Source: Octopus bimaculoides (lineage: Eukaryota). Taken from it: DNA of 64,000 nucleotides. A model generated the notes under the pieces. The model was not told where the DNA came from. It made no database searches and saw only the letters and a program-made list of their open reading frames with translations. Location of the stretch: the NCBI RefSeq assembly GCF_001194135.2, contig NC_068981.1, positions 114,047,955 through 114,111,954 of the forward strand. Direction: 5' to 3'. Below, piece after piece: positions 1 through 11,807 of this stretch (position 1 is the stretch's first letter; every line of letters starts with the position of its first letter). Made by a program: the position numbers and the translations under genes.

Positions 1-359
1 ATGGAAGCAATATAGGGTGATTGTGTTACCTGCAACAGAGAAAACTATCCCAGAACACTTGCCACTAAAATTTTTTCCTCACAACATTTTATAATAATTC
101 CACTAGTACTTAGGATCAGGGATGAACAAAATCCGAGTCACCAAATGCAATTAAAGGGGACCAGACTAGAGAGAAGAAAATGAAGTGTTGAAATGGCCGA
201 GGTTTGTCCTTCAAAAGAATAAATCGGAAATTCGTTCGGAGTTACAGATGTTGGTTGCATATGAGGAACTAAGTTGCATCCTGGGTCAGTCTTCCAAAGT
301 GCTAAATATGTGGGAAAACATGGTCCATGGAAGAGAAAAATGAAAGTAGATTTTTTCTC

Positions 360-1900
360 TCTACAACTCCCACCAACACACCGATTGCGACAACAAGATC
401 AGTAACGATAACAGCACAAACAACAACAATTTGCTCACATACTTAGAGAAAGAATTCTCCATCAGACCAAAAACAGAATAAGCAAATCTAACCTTAGAAT
501 ATGAAAATTCGAACATAGCCTCTGCACTTTCTGAACCTTCGAACGTGTAAGTTACGAAGTAGACCCCAAAATGAAGAAACGGCAGATATTTGAAAAGAGG
601 AGATATTTGAAAAGAGGAGAGGTCCGAATAAAGAATCAAGAGACCTGACTCAGAACAACAACCACAATAAAATCAACAAGAGTCACTGTATCAACCAGAG
701 AAAAATCAACAACAGCGACACCAAAGCAGAATCAAGAGCAAAAAGACAATCATCTCCGCCACAACATATAAACAGGAACATAGAAACATCAATAAACTGT
801 TTACCTACATAGTTCTTCGAATAGAGGTCGAAGATTTGGTAAACTTTGGTACATTCAAAGAGAAAACTTTAACCACAGGTGAAACCTATGATGTCTTAAC
901 TATTTAAAACGTAAAATAAAAACTTCTGATGAGAATCACACTTGAAGTGAACTGCTCACAGAAAAATCAAATGCTACATAATGTGAAACATTAAAAATTC
1001 TGGATATGAAGATTTCATTTCCTCTTCCTAAAGTGGCCGTACTGAGGATAGGTGGGACAAATGTACATTACGTTTGGCTGTGATAACTATCAGAGAGACC
1101 AGGTTGCTCACCGTGATAGCTACCATACTCAAACACGCGCGCTATTTCGTAAAGTCAGGGATATAAGTACAAGTGCGGTCTTCCTATTTTCAGATGGTAA
1201 ATCGATGGTCTTGAAAGGAAACAAAAGTGAACTCGACGATTTACGCCCCACCAAGATTTGCGCGGCCAGATTTCTATAGTTGCCTGTTTTGTTTGTTAGT
1301 ATTTGTTGATGGTTGGAATGCATTCTGGCATTGAGTGGGAGTATCTGACACGAAAGGTATGTGACATCTCACATGTGACAAGTTTTGCAATGATTGTTAG
1401 ATTAGAGCAGCTGTCTGGAGATAAGCTTAGAGTAAGTATTCCGCTTTCAGATAGGCAGGAATTAGCGAGCTAGTTAAATAAGAACTGAAAGGATCCATGA
1501 ACAACAGGTAGGGAAATCTCGCAAAACAGAAAATAACAAAGGGAGACTATAGAGAATCGAAGAGGAGGAGCTCGTAGAAGATGCGTAACAAATGATGTAC
1601 GGGAAGCAAGAACGGAGCTTGCGTATATCTCTGACAGGAAATACATGTCAAACTAGACCGTGTGCATTGAAGCACGATAGGTCAACATAGAAGAAACACT
1701 GCGCGGAAACAAATCTACAACTGAGTATTTGACTGACCTAAACGATAGCGTACAACCCGACTCTATGCAGATATTTCTAGTTTTCCAGTAGTATGCGATG
1801 AACAGATCACGAGTGCCGGTGGTCTGGAAACATTGAGCCTCGATACCTACACTCACAGCCTGTTGTGACTCACGATCAGAGAAATAATATGCGATACAGC
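360..1900 (+). mobile_element. Possible highly decayed Penelope-like element
   Basis: Broken-frame similarity to PLE RT (KLWY..., LKILDMKI) and to a GIY-YIG motif (DRKYxxQTR...GQHRR near 1635-1715). Needs several frameshifts. Confidence 0.3.
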
Positions 1901-1989
1901 TATTTGAGTTTAATTATTTTTCTCTTTGACTAAGCTCCTATCAACTACTTGAAGTACAACATTAAGAAGAAGGTAGACAAAGATAGGAG

Positions 1990-4350
1990 TTTTGCCTCCT
2001 ACAAAGTTTTACGAAAGGTGGAAAGAACCAAAGAAATAGTTTTGATGATTTTGGTGTTTTGATGTAATGTCAATTACCTGGCACTTTCTCTTTTCTTTTT
2101 CTACTAATACTATATCAGACCTTATAGCTCTTATTACTCTGCCAGTCTCAATGTTAAAATCCCATAACATCTTATATTTCTTATTTTCTAGCACTTTACT
2201 AGGTTCATGTTCATACCACTTATCAGTATGGTTAAATCCTAGCTACATAACCCTCAGTAGACTATTCTCCTTAGGATGTCATGTCTTTTCATTTATTCTT
2301 TCTGTTCCAACATACTACATTCACTAACTACATGAATAACACTTCCTAATACTTTCCTTCTTTGTTTTACTTAACCTACATTGGGAATCTATCTGACTTT
2401 GGTCTATGATGAGTTTTATCTAATTAGTCCCCAAAGATTGATCTTGAGCTACTACTAATAAACGTTCTGCCTCCCTTTTCAGCCTTCCTTTCTGCAACTC
2501 CAACCGTGTCTTACTATTACTGTTTTCTGTTGCTGTCGTTGGAAATCTATGATGCAAAGCTTTCCCTTGCCAGTCCGATATTCTCTCTTCTTTTATCCGC
2601 TTTTTAACCACATTCAGCTTTTTGGCTTCCCCCACTGTTACTCAAGCCACTTTTAATAAAATTTCCTCACTATTACCTACATAGGAAACTATATCTGCTC
2701 GAGCTAACTCTACGCAATCTTCTACTGATATTCATCCTTTTCCACCTTCCTTTCTAGGTAAATATAGTCTTTTTACTCCTTCTCTAGGAGTATTTACAAC
2801 CTTTATTAGATTCGGGCCATTTAGCTTTGACTTAATTAGCCTCCTCACCCTTCAGATGTACTCCTAAATCTGTCAGATTATAATACTCCTAGATACTTAT
2901 AACATTTCCCTTCTTTCAGTGAATTTAATGTCTAGCCATCTGGTAATTGGATGCCTTCACTGCTGACTACCTGCTCCATATTTATGATTAATAATGCTCA
3001 CTTATCTATGCCAAATTCCATGCCTGAGTCTTACAGTTTGTATTAAGGAATCCATCTCATTTTATTCATGCTAAAGAGCTTTAGATCATCCATGTAGAAC
3101 AAATGGTCAATTTGTACTTTACTATCTGTAAACTGATACCCTTTCTTTGCCTTTCATTATACTAAACTAATTAAACACAACACAAATATTAAAGGGATAA
3201 CAACTCTTTCTAGAAAATTCCTCTCTTGGTATTAGCTTTCCCTAAAGTTCTATCACCTGAGTAGAGATCTACTTCCCATTTCTTCATGTTATAGCTAATT
3301 AACTTTCTTGTGTTGTCTGCAATACTGAATATTCTCAAACCTTAACTTATAGATAAGTGTGGAATCATGTCATAGGCTTTCTTGCGATCTATCCATGCTG
3401 TTGTGAAATTTTTTTCTTTCAAGATTTCACTTATCTTAGGACTGCTTTTTCTATGTATAATAGATCATGCGTTCCTCTCGCAGTCTTTCTGCTATTTTCC
3501 TATTCCTCTCGAAGTAAATTCTGGTTGTCAAGGTGCTCATAATTGGTTTCTTATAGCATTCCTGTTAACAACTTTCACATCAGTGCTTTTGTCTTTCATA
3601 AGGAGTACTGTTCTCCCTGTAGTCTTCCAGTTAGGCACAACTCCTCTGTTCAGGCAATCCTGAAGATCTTCCCTCAGTCTCCCGTGTAAGCTGCTAAATT
3701 TTTTTTAACCAATACCCTTGAACTAAATCTGGTCCTGAACCCTTCCAATTCGGCATTCTTCTTAGCACTTTACCCATTAATGCACAAGTTAGTTTTGGAT
3801 CTGGCTGCTTTTTATCTCGTTTTCTGTACTCATGCTGCAGTCTTCATTCTGATTAACTGGCTTTTCCCAACTATTACTCTAGAACTTTGTAAGCTTCTCA
3901 TCTTCTGTAGTTTCTTCTCTACTATTTATTTGGCGATAAAATCTCCTCTGGTCTATCTCAAACAACCTGATCTATTGTTACTCTCCTATTCTTTTTCTGA
4001 TTCCTTGAAAGCTTACTTGTTATTACTATAATATTCTGTGTCATTTCTTCCATGACTATCCTAAGTCTTTGACAAAGTATTTTCTCTCAAGAGGACTTAA
4101 ATCTTTTGTTTCCTAACTTATTCTATTTCTAGGCTTCTATTCTACTCAGTCTTGTCTTAGTGTTAACTTTATTTTCTAGTCTCCCTTTCCACATCTGCTC
4201 CTTTTATTCTTCTCTTGAGGAAAAATTTTCCTACTAGTAACTACTACCCCTCTTGCATAAATCCATAAGTTAATGTCACGTATATTTTCAGTATCTATCC
4301 GACTGATAACAGAATCTACTTTCTTGCTCTTGCAATAAATACCTTCTACC
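1990..4350 (-). mobile_element. R4/Dong-type non-LTR retrotransposon (RT + REL endonuclease), decayed
   Basis: HLFYMDDLKLF near 3080-3112; W.GKALH...AQDQSLGT at 2420-2635; LWDFNIET...RSDIVLVEK REL motif at 2009-2194; many stops. Confidence 0.9.
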
Positions 4351-4379
4351 TCCAAACAAAAAAGCGATTTATTCTATCA

Positions 4380-5035
4380 ATCATATAATTACCATTTCGT
4401 TCCAGAATTGACTGCCATCTTGTGGACAGATACAATTTTTCCTGCTCAAAGTATTGTCTTTACTGGCGAAAATCATTCCAGGTGAATTTTTACACCCTCT
4501 TGTGAGTTGAAGGTCTGTCCACTCAATGAATTTTGAAGAGACCGAAAGTATTGGAAATCTAAAAGCGCAAGGTCGGGCAAATATAGAAAGTGCAGCACAA
4601 ACTTCCAGCAAAATCCTAGTAACTTCTACCGCATCAGCAAGTTAGTGGGCAACCTGGTATTATCGTAATGAATGTCAATGCTCTTATAATTAGCAAGTGC
4701 TGGATGCTTATGGTAGTTCGCTGCGTTTAATTTATTTAGCTGGTCACTGTACAACCTGAAATGATGGTACTGTCCGTGGGAACAAGTTCGTAAAAGAAAA
4801 CACTCTTCCAATCGGAAGTATAATCTTCTTCGGGTGAAGCCCTGCTTTGGAGGTTATTTGTGGCGATTAGCAGCGCTTCTCCACATTTTTTGTCCTTTGT
4901 CACTGTTTTCTTCAAAGAATAGTAATTTTCTTTATGTTGCACGGTCTCAAAGCAACGAAAGTATTTTGGCAAACTAAATTTAAATGTTGAAGTGAATCTA
5001 ACGGTTTTTGTGTGTTTGAAATGACTTATAAACAC
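4380..5035 (-). mobile_element. AP-endonuclease (EEP) relic of a CR1/L2-group LINE
   Basis: KDKKCGEALLIATNNL resembles the RxDR..GGGVLIA motif; IISGC and a PTH..G...LIF-like motif follow, frameshifted. Confidence 0.4.
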
Positions 5036-5663
5036 CTTCCACGCTGCAATTGTTTTCGTTCCAGCACACGATCTCAGATCAGGTCACTTGCTATGCAAGT
5101 ATATTTCCGTAACATATATCAATTTCTGTTAACTTCTTTAATTTATTCAATTTTCTGAATAGTAATAGCTAAAGAAAACTTATGACCTTGTTTTGAATAG
5201 ATGCACCCGTTGAATGTTCATAATTACCATATTCAAATATCCCCATGCTGAAGTCTAAGAGGCCCTTAAAGCGCTAGGTATTGCACTAATTTCTTTTGAG
5301 ATTATTTCCAAATACAAATATTGTTGTGTCTACGGCTGTTATTGTGAAACTCTGTTATTGTGAAAATGGCCAGTTTTCAAGTGTTATTCTTTGGATTTAT
5401 GGTCACATAATCCCCAGTTTAGTTTATTTACTATTACACAGTTTTGTCATCTGAAGCAAAGTTAAGAAGTAAGAATACTGAAATAGAAAATCAATTAGCA
5501 CTAGATGTTAAAGAAGTAAACGAGGAATAGATAGAGATGCAGTGTCGAAAAGAAGTTAATTTTATAGCAATAGTCGATTACTAGCGTTCATTCAAATGTA
5601 ACAGGAGATAACTATGAGCAGAAAAGGAAAATCAATAATATAATGGCTTCTAAAGATGCTTTA

Positions 5664-6030
5664 GTGTTTTAGAATAATCAATGCTCACTATCTGAAGTAA
5701 ATGAACGGAGATATTAAAAAAAAAACAGTCAAGAATATGAGTATTAGATCGATCACATTTGGAAATTGATTTAGGTAACATGATTAAAATGCTATATATC
5801 CCGTGATATTATTCTTTGTGGGAATCAAAATTTAAATCTCTGATAGATGTCAGATAGACTAAAATTTAGCTATCCGACGAGATATACAAATATTAACTGG
5901 GCATTATATTTATGAAATTCAAATGCAAATTAGTATAATGAAGGAAATAAACGTTGTTAAATTCAGTATATGAAAGTTATACAGATTATTTGTTCACGAC
6001 AAGATCTCTTCTACAACTTATTCAAACGGT
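5664..6030. repeat. Diverged direct duplicate, copy 1 (copy 2 at 7553-7915)
   Basis: Collinear blocks ttttagaataatcaatgctc, aaatgaacgga, ttaaaatgct, gaatcaaaattta, and atctc..ctacaact occur in both copies. Confidence 0.85.
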
Positions 6031-6154
6031 ACGGGACTGAATATCTACACAGGGACAAATTACTAAAATATAATTCGATTCATATAATCATATGAAATTG
6101 CATTTCCAATGCTTTGCATAGACCATGCATGGAAATTTAAAACTTAACTAGATA

Positions 6155-6244
6155 TACATTATTTACATTATTTACATTTGACAGATATTTGTCCTCATCT
6201 TGTTTGTTGTTAGCATAATTTTTCACCTGATATACCATCCAGCC
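6155..6244 (-). repeat. Inverted partial copy of the SINE tail at 6857-6947
   Basis: Its reverse complement aligns to ggctggagggtatgtcag...aacaacaaacaagatgaggacaaatatc.gtcaaatgtaaataatgtaaataatgta. Confidence 0.9.
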
Positions 6245-6358
6245 GGGCATATGGCGTAGTGGTTAAGACGGCGGGCTACTAACCCCAAGATTCCGAGTTC
6301 GATTCTAGGCAGTGACCTGAATAATAATAATAATAATAATAATAACAACAACAACATC

Positions 6359-6545
6359 GGCGCAGGAGTAACTATGTGGTAAGTAGCGTGCTTACCAACC
6401 ACATGGTTCCGGGTTCATTCCCACTGCGTGGTACCTTGGGCAAGTGACACCTTGGGCAAGTGGCACCTTGGGCAAGTGTCTTTGGGCCGACCAAAGCCTT
6501 GTGAGTGGATTTGGTAGACGGAAACTGAAAGAAGCCCGTCATATA

Positions 6546-6600
<55 letters not shown>

Positions 6601-6825
6601 ATATGTTTGTGTGTCTCTGTTTACTCCCCCACCAGCATCGCTTGAAAACCGATGCTGGTGTGTTTACGTCCCCGTAACTTAGTGATTCGGCAAAAGAGAC
6701 CGATAGAATAAGTACTAGGTTTCCAAAGAATAAGTCCTGGGGTCGATTTGCTCGACTAAAGGCGATGCTCCAGCATGGACTCAGTCAAATGACTGAAACA
6801 ATTAAAAGAGAAAGAGAAAAGAGAG
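6359..6825 (+). mobile_element. Octopus OR-type CORE SINE
   Basis: tRNA-derived head, CORE motif accttgggcaagtg, central (TA)n, 3' ...tcaaatgactgaaacaa plus A/G-rich tail; same family recurs at 36213, 37495 and 58230. Confidence 0.85.
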
Positions 6826-6843
6826 AATCGAAATTACCCCAAG

Positions 6844-6887
6844 ACACCTGATGAAGGCTGGAGGGTATGTCAGCCGAAACGTTGTGG
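6844..6887 (+). ncRNA. Minimal hammerhead ribozyme (putative)
   Basis: CUGAUGA 6848-6854, extra A, stem II GGCUG/CAGCC, GAAA 6876-6879, palindromic AACGUU, stem I CAC/GUG. Confidence 0.7.
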
Positions 6888-7186
6888 TAACAACAAACAA
6901 GATGAGGACAAATATCCGTCAAATGTAAATAATGTAAATAATGTACATAATTCCTCATCTCTTAAATATAGGACTGTATTAACCGGATATTATTGAAAAT
7001 TAAAGGAAAGATATATTTATCTTTCTGCCAAATCATAAATATATATTCACATGCACACACATTCATATTCACATTCACAAACAAACAGTGCGTTATGAGT
7101 GGATCTGACAGATAGAAAATGCACGGAAGATAGCTGTACACACAGACACACATATATACACACATCGTATAGTAAATACGTTGAGA

Positions 7187-7430
7187 AGCATAGCGTGGAT
7201 GTTAGAGTATTTGACTCACGATCGTAAGTTCGATATCCGGCGGCGCGTTGTGCCTTGAGCAAGATACTTTATTTCACTCATCTGATAAAAATGAGCAGTA
7301 CCTGTATTTGAAAGGGCCAGCCCTGTCACATTCACTGTCACATCGAATCTCCCAGAGAATTACGTTAAGGGTACGTGTGTTTGTGGGGTGCTCAGCCACT
7401 TGCAGGTGGATTTCAAGAACAAGGCATACA
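7187..7430 (+). mobile_element. Second tRNA-derived SINE family, decayed
   Basis: Degenerate A/B boxes (tagcgtgg...gttcgatatcc) followed by the CORE-like gtgccttgagcaaga. Confidence 0.55.
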
Positions 7431-7552
7431 TGAAATAAAATCAGCCATTAACAGATCATCAACACCTGGTAGAACATATATCTGTCAATCCTATGACAAA
7501 CCAAGAATTTTTATTAAGATTAGAAGAAAGATATAAATTTTACACAATTAAA

Positions 7553-7915
7553 CTTTTAGAATAATCAATGCTCTCTATCTTAATTAAATGAACGGAAATG
7601 TTTTATTAAAAAAACGTCGAGAAAATGAGTATAAAATCGATTGGGTTTGGAGATTGATTCAGCTACCACAGTTAAAATGCTGTATCTCCCGAAATGTTCT
7701 AGCATGAATCAAAATTTACATCTCTGAAAGACGTTGGATTTATAAAAGTTTAGCCGTGCGAAAGGCAAAACAAGTACAAAATGGTTTATTATATTCATGA
7801 ATCTAAATAGAAGTTTGTATAAAAAAAGTTATTCAATTCTTTGAATAAAAGTGTATATAGATAATTATATTAATCCTACAATGTTGGTAACAATATCTCT
7901 ACTACAACTAAATCT
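7553..7915. repeat. Diverged direct duplicate, copy 2
   Basis: Aligns collinearly with 5664-6030. Confidence 0.85.
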
Positions 7916-7964
7916 AATATTGTACAAAAATAGAGTATTAAGTATAAATGAAGCGAAATACCAC

Positions 7965-8140
7965 ACTGGGGCACTGCCTCGAAGGATTTACCGCACGAAT
8001 CAACATTTATACTTATTTCTTAACACTTGGTACTTATTCTATCGGTCTCTTTTTGGTGAACTGCTAAGTTATGGGTACGAATAAAAGCCATCAACGGTTC
8101 TTAACTGCTGCTGGGACAAACGCAACACAAGCACAGAGAC
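7965..8140 (-). mobile_element. OR-type SINE 3' half
   Basis: tacttattctatcggtctc...ctaagtta is the reverse complement of the SINE 3' region at 6670-6720. Confidence 0.7.
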
Positions 8141-8214
8141 ATACACACATATATATATATATACAGACACATATATACATATATATACATATGTACATAT
8201 ATATATATATATAA

Positions 8215-8250
<36 letters not shown>

Positions 8251-8286
8251 CATATATGTATACATACATATATACATACACACACA

Positions 8287-8344
<58 letters not shown>

Positions 8345-8686
8345 NNNNNNNNNNNNNNNNNNNNNNNNNNNNNNNNNNNNNNNNNNNNNNNNNNNNNNNN
8401 NNNNNNNNNNNNNNNNNNNNNNNNNNNNNNNNNNNNNNNNNNNNNNNNNNNNNNNNNNNNNNNNNNNNNNNNNNNNNNNNNNNNNNNNNNNNNNNNNNNN
8501 NNNNNNNNNNNNNNNNNNNNNNNNNNNNNNNNNNNNNNNNNNNNNNNNNNNNNNNNNNNNNNNNNNNNNNNNNNNNNNNNNNNNNNNNNNNNNNNNNNNN
8601 NNNNNNNNNNNNNNNNNNNNNNNNNNNNNNNNNNNNNNNNNNNNNNNNNNNNNNNNNNNNNNNNNNNNNNNNNNNNNNNNNNNNNN

Positions 8687-8725
<39 letters not shown>

Positions 8726-8737
8726 CACACACGCACG

Positions 8738-8770
<33 letters not shown>

Positions 8771-8959
8771 GTATATACACAAAATATAGTTCACGGGTGA
8801 TTTAAACGACTAGGTACGCTGGGTAATTGCTGTAACGATGGCGATAACAATAATGACGATAATAATAATAATTGCAACCATGGCGTTGGTATTGGGTAAT
8901 AGAAATGACAGCAATGATAACAGTAATATCATGAACGATTAACCTAATACAACTTTAGC

Positions 8960-9720
8960 CTTTAGCTTGCCTTACTATAGTAGCACTACCTCATCCCTCT
9001 CTGCAACTAACCATTGTAGAACTGATAGCTGCAACTGCAGATCTGGGACAGACTGCCCGCTGCAAGCCCATTGCAGAAGATTAAACGTCGCATACCAATG
9101 CACCGTTCGCAACATAGTAAATAACGCCAATAGCTACTATATTGGATCTACCACAAAATTTAAGCAGATATTATACACATTTAAACTCGTTTAAATATAA
9201 AGAGCATAGCAATTCCACATCACTAGCCAGCCACGTACACCATCTAATGGGCTTTAATAGATTCTGGCATCCCATATCAGGGCCAGCGCTCCACTTATGG
9301 ACTCTGCCGAAAAGAAGCCCTAAAAATTTTAAACCACAACCCACCACAATGGCTTAACAAACACAACGAAGACTTCACAACGTGTAAACACAAATTCTTC
9401 CGCACTTTTAAATTCTTCCATAAATCCAATTGTAATTCACTCCCCACGCATAACACTCACATACAGGTACCCATGTATATTTCTTCTATCAACCTTGCCT
9501 TTAATTTATTTTTAAACATTAACCTATAAAATCCCCTAATATTTAGTTCTATCTCTTATTCCTAAATAGTTTAACATTCAACTGGTTTCTCCATTCACGA
9601 CCACCTACACACCCATACCCCCATGGCTAAAAATATTAGTATCATCCTTATCTGTATCTTTCAATACATCTCAACGCTTCTAAAGCAAACTTTGTCAGTT
9701 GACTTTCAACGTAAGTTGAA
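8960..9720 (+). mobile_element. Penelope-like element 3' end (GIY-YIG, Naiad-like)
   Basis: CNCRSGTDCPLQAHC..NVAYQCTV...YYIGSTTKFKQ / RYYTHLNSFK..STSLASHV / LCRKEALKI...LNKHNEDFTTCKHK across frameshifts. Confidence 0.85.
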
Positions 9721-9937
9721 TTTAACGTCTGATGGCGTCTTATAAAGCTAGATTTATGTATCCTAAAATTACAGAAGAATTTGTCACTAGGCTGTTCAAC
9801 TTAATGGTAAAGCACTTGACGCGTAATCATAGGGACGTAATTTCGAGTTTCATGGCTGCCGCCGATAGATTTTTCTGCAAAATGTGGATAGTTTATCCCG
9901 TTTATGCTATATTATTAGCATTATCCTCCGTTTGAGA

Positions 9938-10000
<63 letters not shown>

Positions 10001-10339
10001 GGGGTTGTGTTAACCGCACGTGGAGAAATGATAGGAAAGGAAAAAATAATAATAAGGCAGAATGCTAAACTGAAAGCATATTTTAATATAAATGGATGCA
10101 AGGATTTCAAAGGGATTTCAAACCGGCTTTCATTGCATGGTAAATTCTCAAGATAAGGAGAGAAAAAAAGAGTTTTTTTCAAAAATTAATAATAAATATA
10201 TAAAAAAAATAAATATACCAATACATCATAATGTCTTAAAGCTTTTGAAGTTCACTAATTTTCCTTGGAAAAACTTGTTGGAAGGGTTAGGGTGCATGTG
10301 TTTCTGTGTAGTGTTTTTTTTATTTTCAAAAAGGCTGGA

Positions 10340-10610
10340 TGTTTATGTGTCAAACAGGAAATGGGGTGGTAGTAATTAAGTTCCTCTTCTTAACTCTCCT
10401 GTGTGACACTTCTGTCCGGCATTTGCCATGATAGATCGCTAACCACGATACACATTTTTTTTCTCTCCTTGTTCTTTCTGTGTTCCTTTCTGTGGAAGAC
10501 CGTGGGCTCGAAACATTAGAGACTTTTTCGGTTCCCGAGCGTGATGCTGATGCATCTGTTTGTTTTCTGCACCACCTGTCTTTGTCTGTTGTTTTTTTGT
10601 GAATTCTCCC
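10340..10610 (+). repeat. pLTR-like repeat with a degenerate hammerhead-like motif (10486-10521)
   Basis: cttt CUGUGGA A GACC gtgg GCUC GAAAC AUU agag; core and stem II mismatches. Confidence 0.4.
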
Positions 10611-10615
10611 TATAT

Positions 10616-10654
<39 letters not shown>

Positions 10655-11807
10655 CATACATACATGCATACATACATACATACATATATATATATATAAG
10701 GTAAATGCTATTTGCCAACATAATGTGGCTGTCCTGAGGGGGACGATGTTACTGTTGTTTTAGCCCCAAGAAACATCGTTTCTGGCTGTGTCCTTACATT
10801 TTCGAACAGGGAGCTCAGCACTCCCATCTAGCGCAAACCAACATCTGTGGACTAGTTTCTGGGTTATTGCCTTTTATCATCACAAAATAGCTACTTGGCC
10901 AGATCGTGTCAATAGGCTACAGAGGATCTCTCATGTCTTGCGCATATGTATCATTGAACATAAAATTTTAGGCTGTGATATACGCCAGCGAGTCAAAGCT
11001 ATCCGACGCCCTTTTCAAATAAAGGATTTCCGCAGGAATCATGGAACCTGCGGCTGCGAACAGGAGAGAAAGCGACTACTGGTGCAATAACCTCATGCAT
11101 GGGCATTGCTGATATTTTCTATGGGTAATGGTCAATGATGGTCTTCCTCGCTCACGAGAAGACATCTATCATCATCATATGTATGTAAATATATGTGATG
11201 CAATGTGCGTGTCTGTGTTTGTTTGTGTGTGTATCTGTGTGGGCCTGCGTGTATGCGCGCGCAAGCGCGTGGGTGTACCATTGTGTGTTCGCGTTAGCGT
11301 GTGTATGCACGTTTGAATGTAACCATGAATGCGTATCCGATTGTGCTAGCCTTATACCACTTGAGAACCGGAGGTAACTTTACATTCCTGTAACTTAGTG
11401 ATTCGGCAAAAAGTGAGTGTTGAGTGTTAGAATGTGTACTGGAATCAATCCGATTATTTCGAACCTTCACGATTTTGCCCTACTATGCCCCAACTAAATC
11501 ACCGTAAAGGCATGTATTTGTATCTTATGTATGTATGTATGTATGTATGTATGTATGTATGTATTATTCAAAATGGGAGGTAGTAATCCGGTTATTGGTC
11601 CATGATAGACTACTTTGATTATCAATGTTACTATCATCTCGGAGTTTTTTACTAACATATCCATGTATGTTTTTCTGCTCATTTGGGGTATGTATTTAAG
11701 GTTATCAGACAAGGAATGCTGCTCAAGGAGCTGCCTTCCAAGGAGTTGCCTTCCAAGCTGCCTTCACCCTTATGCATGCAAACTTGGTTAAGAGATGGAC
11801 TTCGACA

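Larger units (their letters stand above)
6245..6977 (+). mobile_element. tRNA-headed SINE-like element with a hammerhead-bearing tail, interrupted by a CORE SINE
   Basis: tRNA-like head 6245-6318 (A box TGGCGTAGTGG, B box GAGTTCGATTC, poor acceptor stem), (AAT)n linker, tail 6826-6977. Confidence 0.75.

Noticed and set aside
6245-6318. Apparent tRNA gene (loop CTACTAA, anticodon ACT)
   Set aside because: Poor acceptor stem, an anticodon not normally used in eukaryotes, and continuity with a repeat body indicate a SINE head.
8069-8794. Long ORFs here and at 37237-38098, 41147-41696, 47001-47633 and 59179-60030
   Set aside because: They are made of dinucleotide or tetranucleotide repeats and N-runs.
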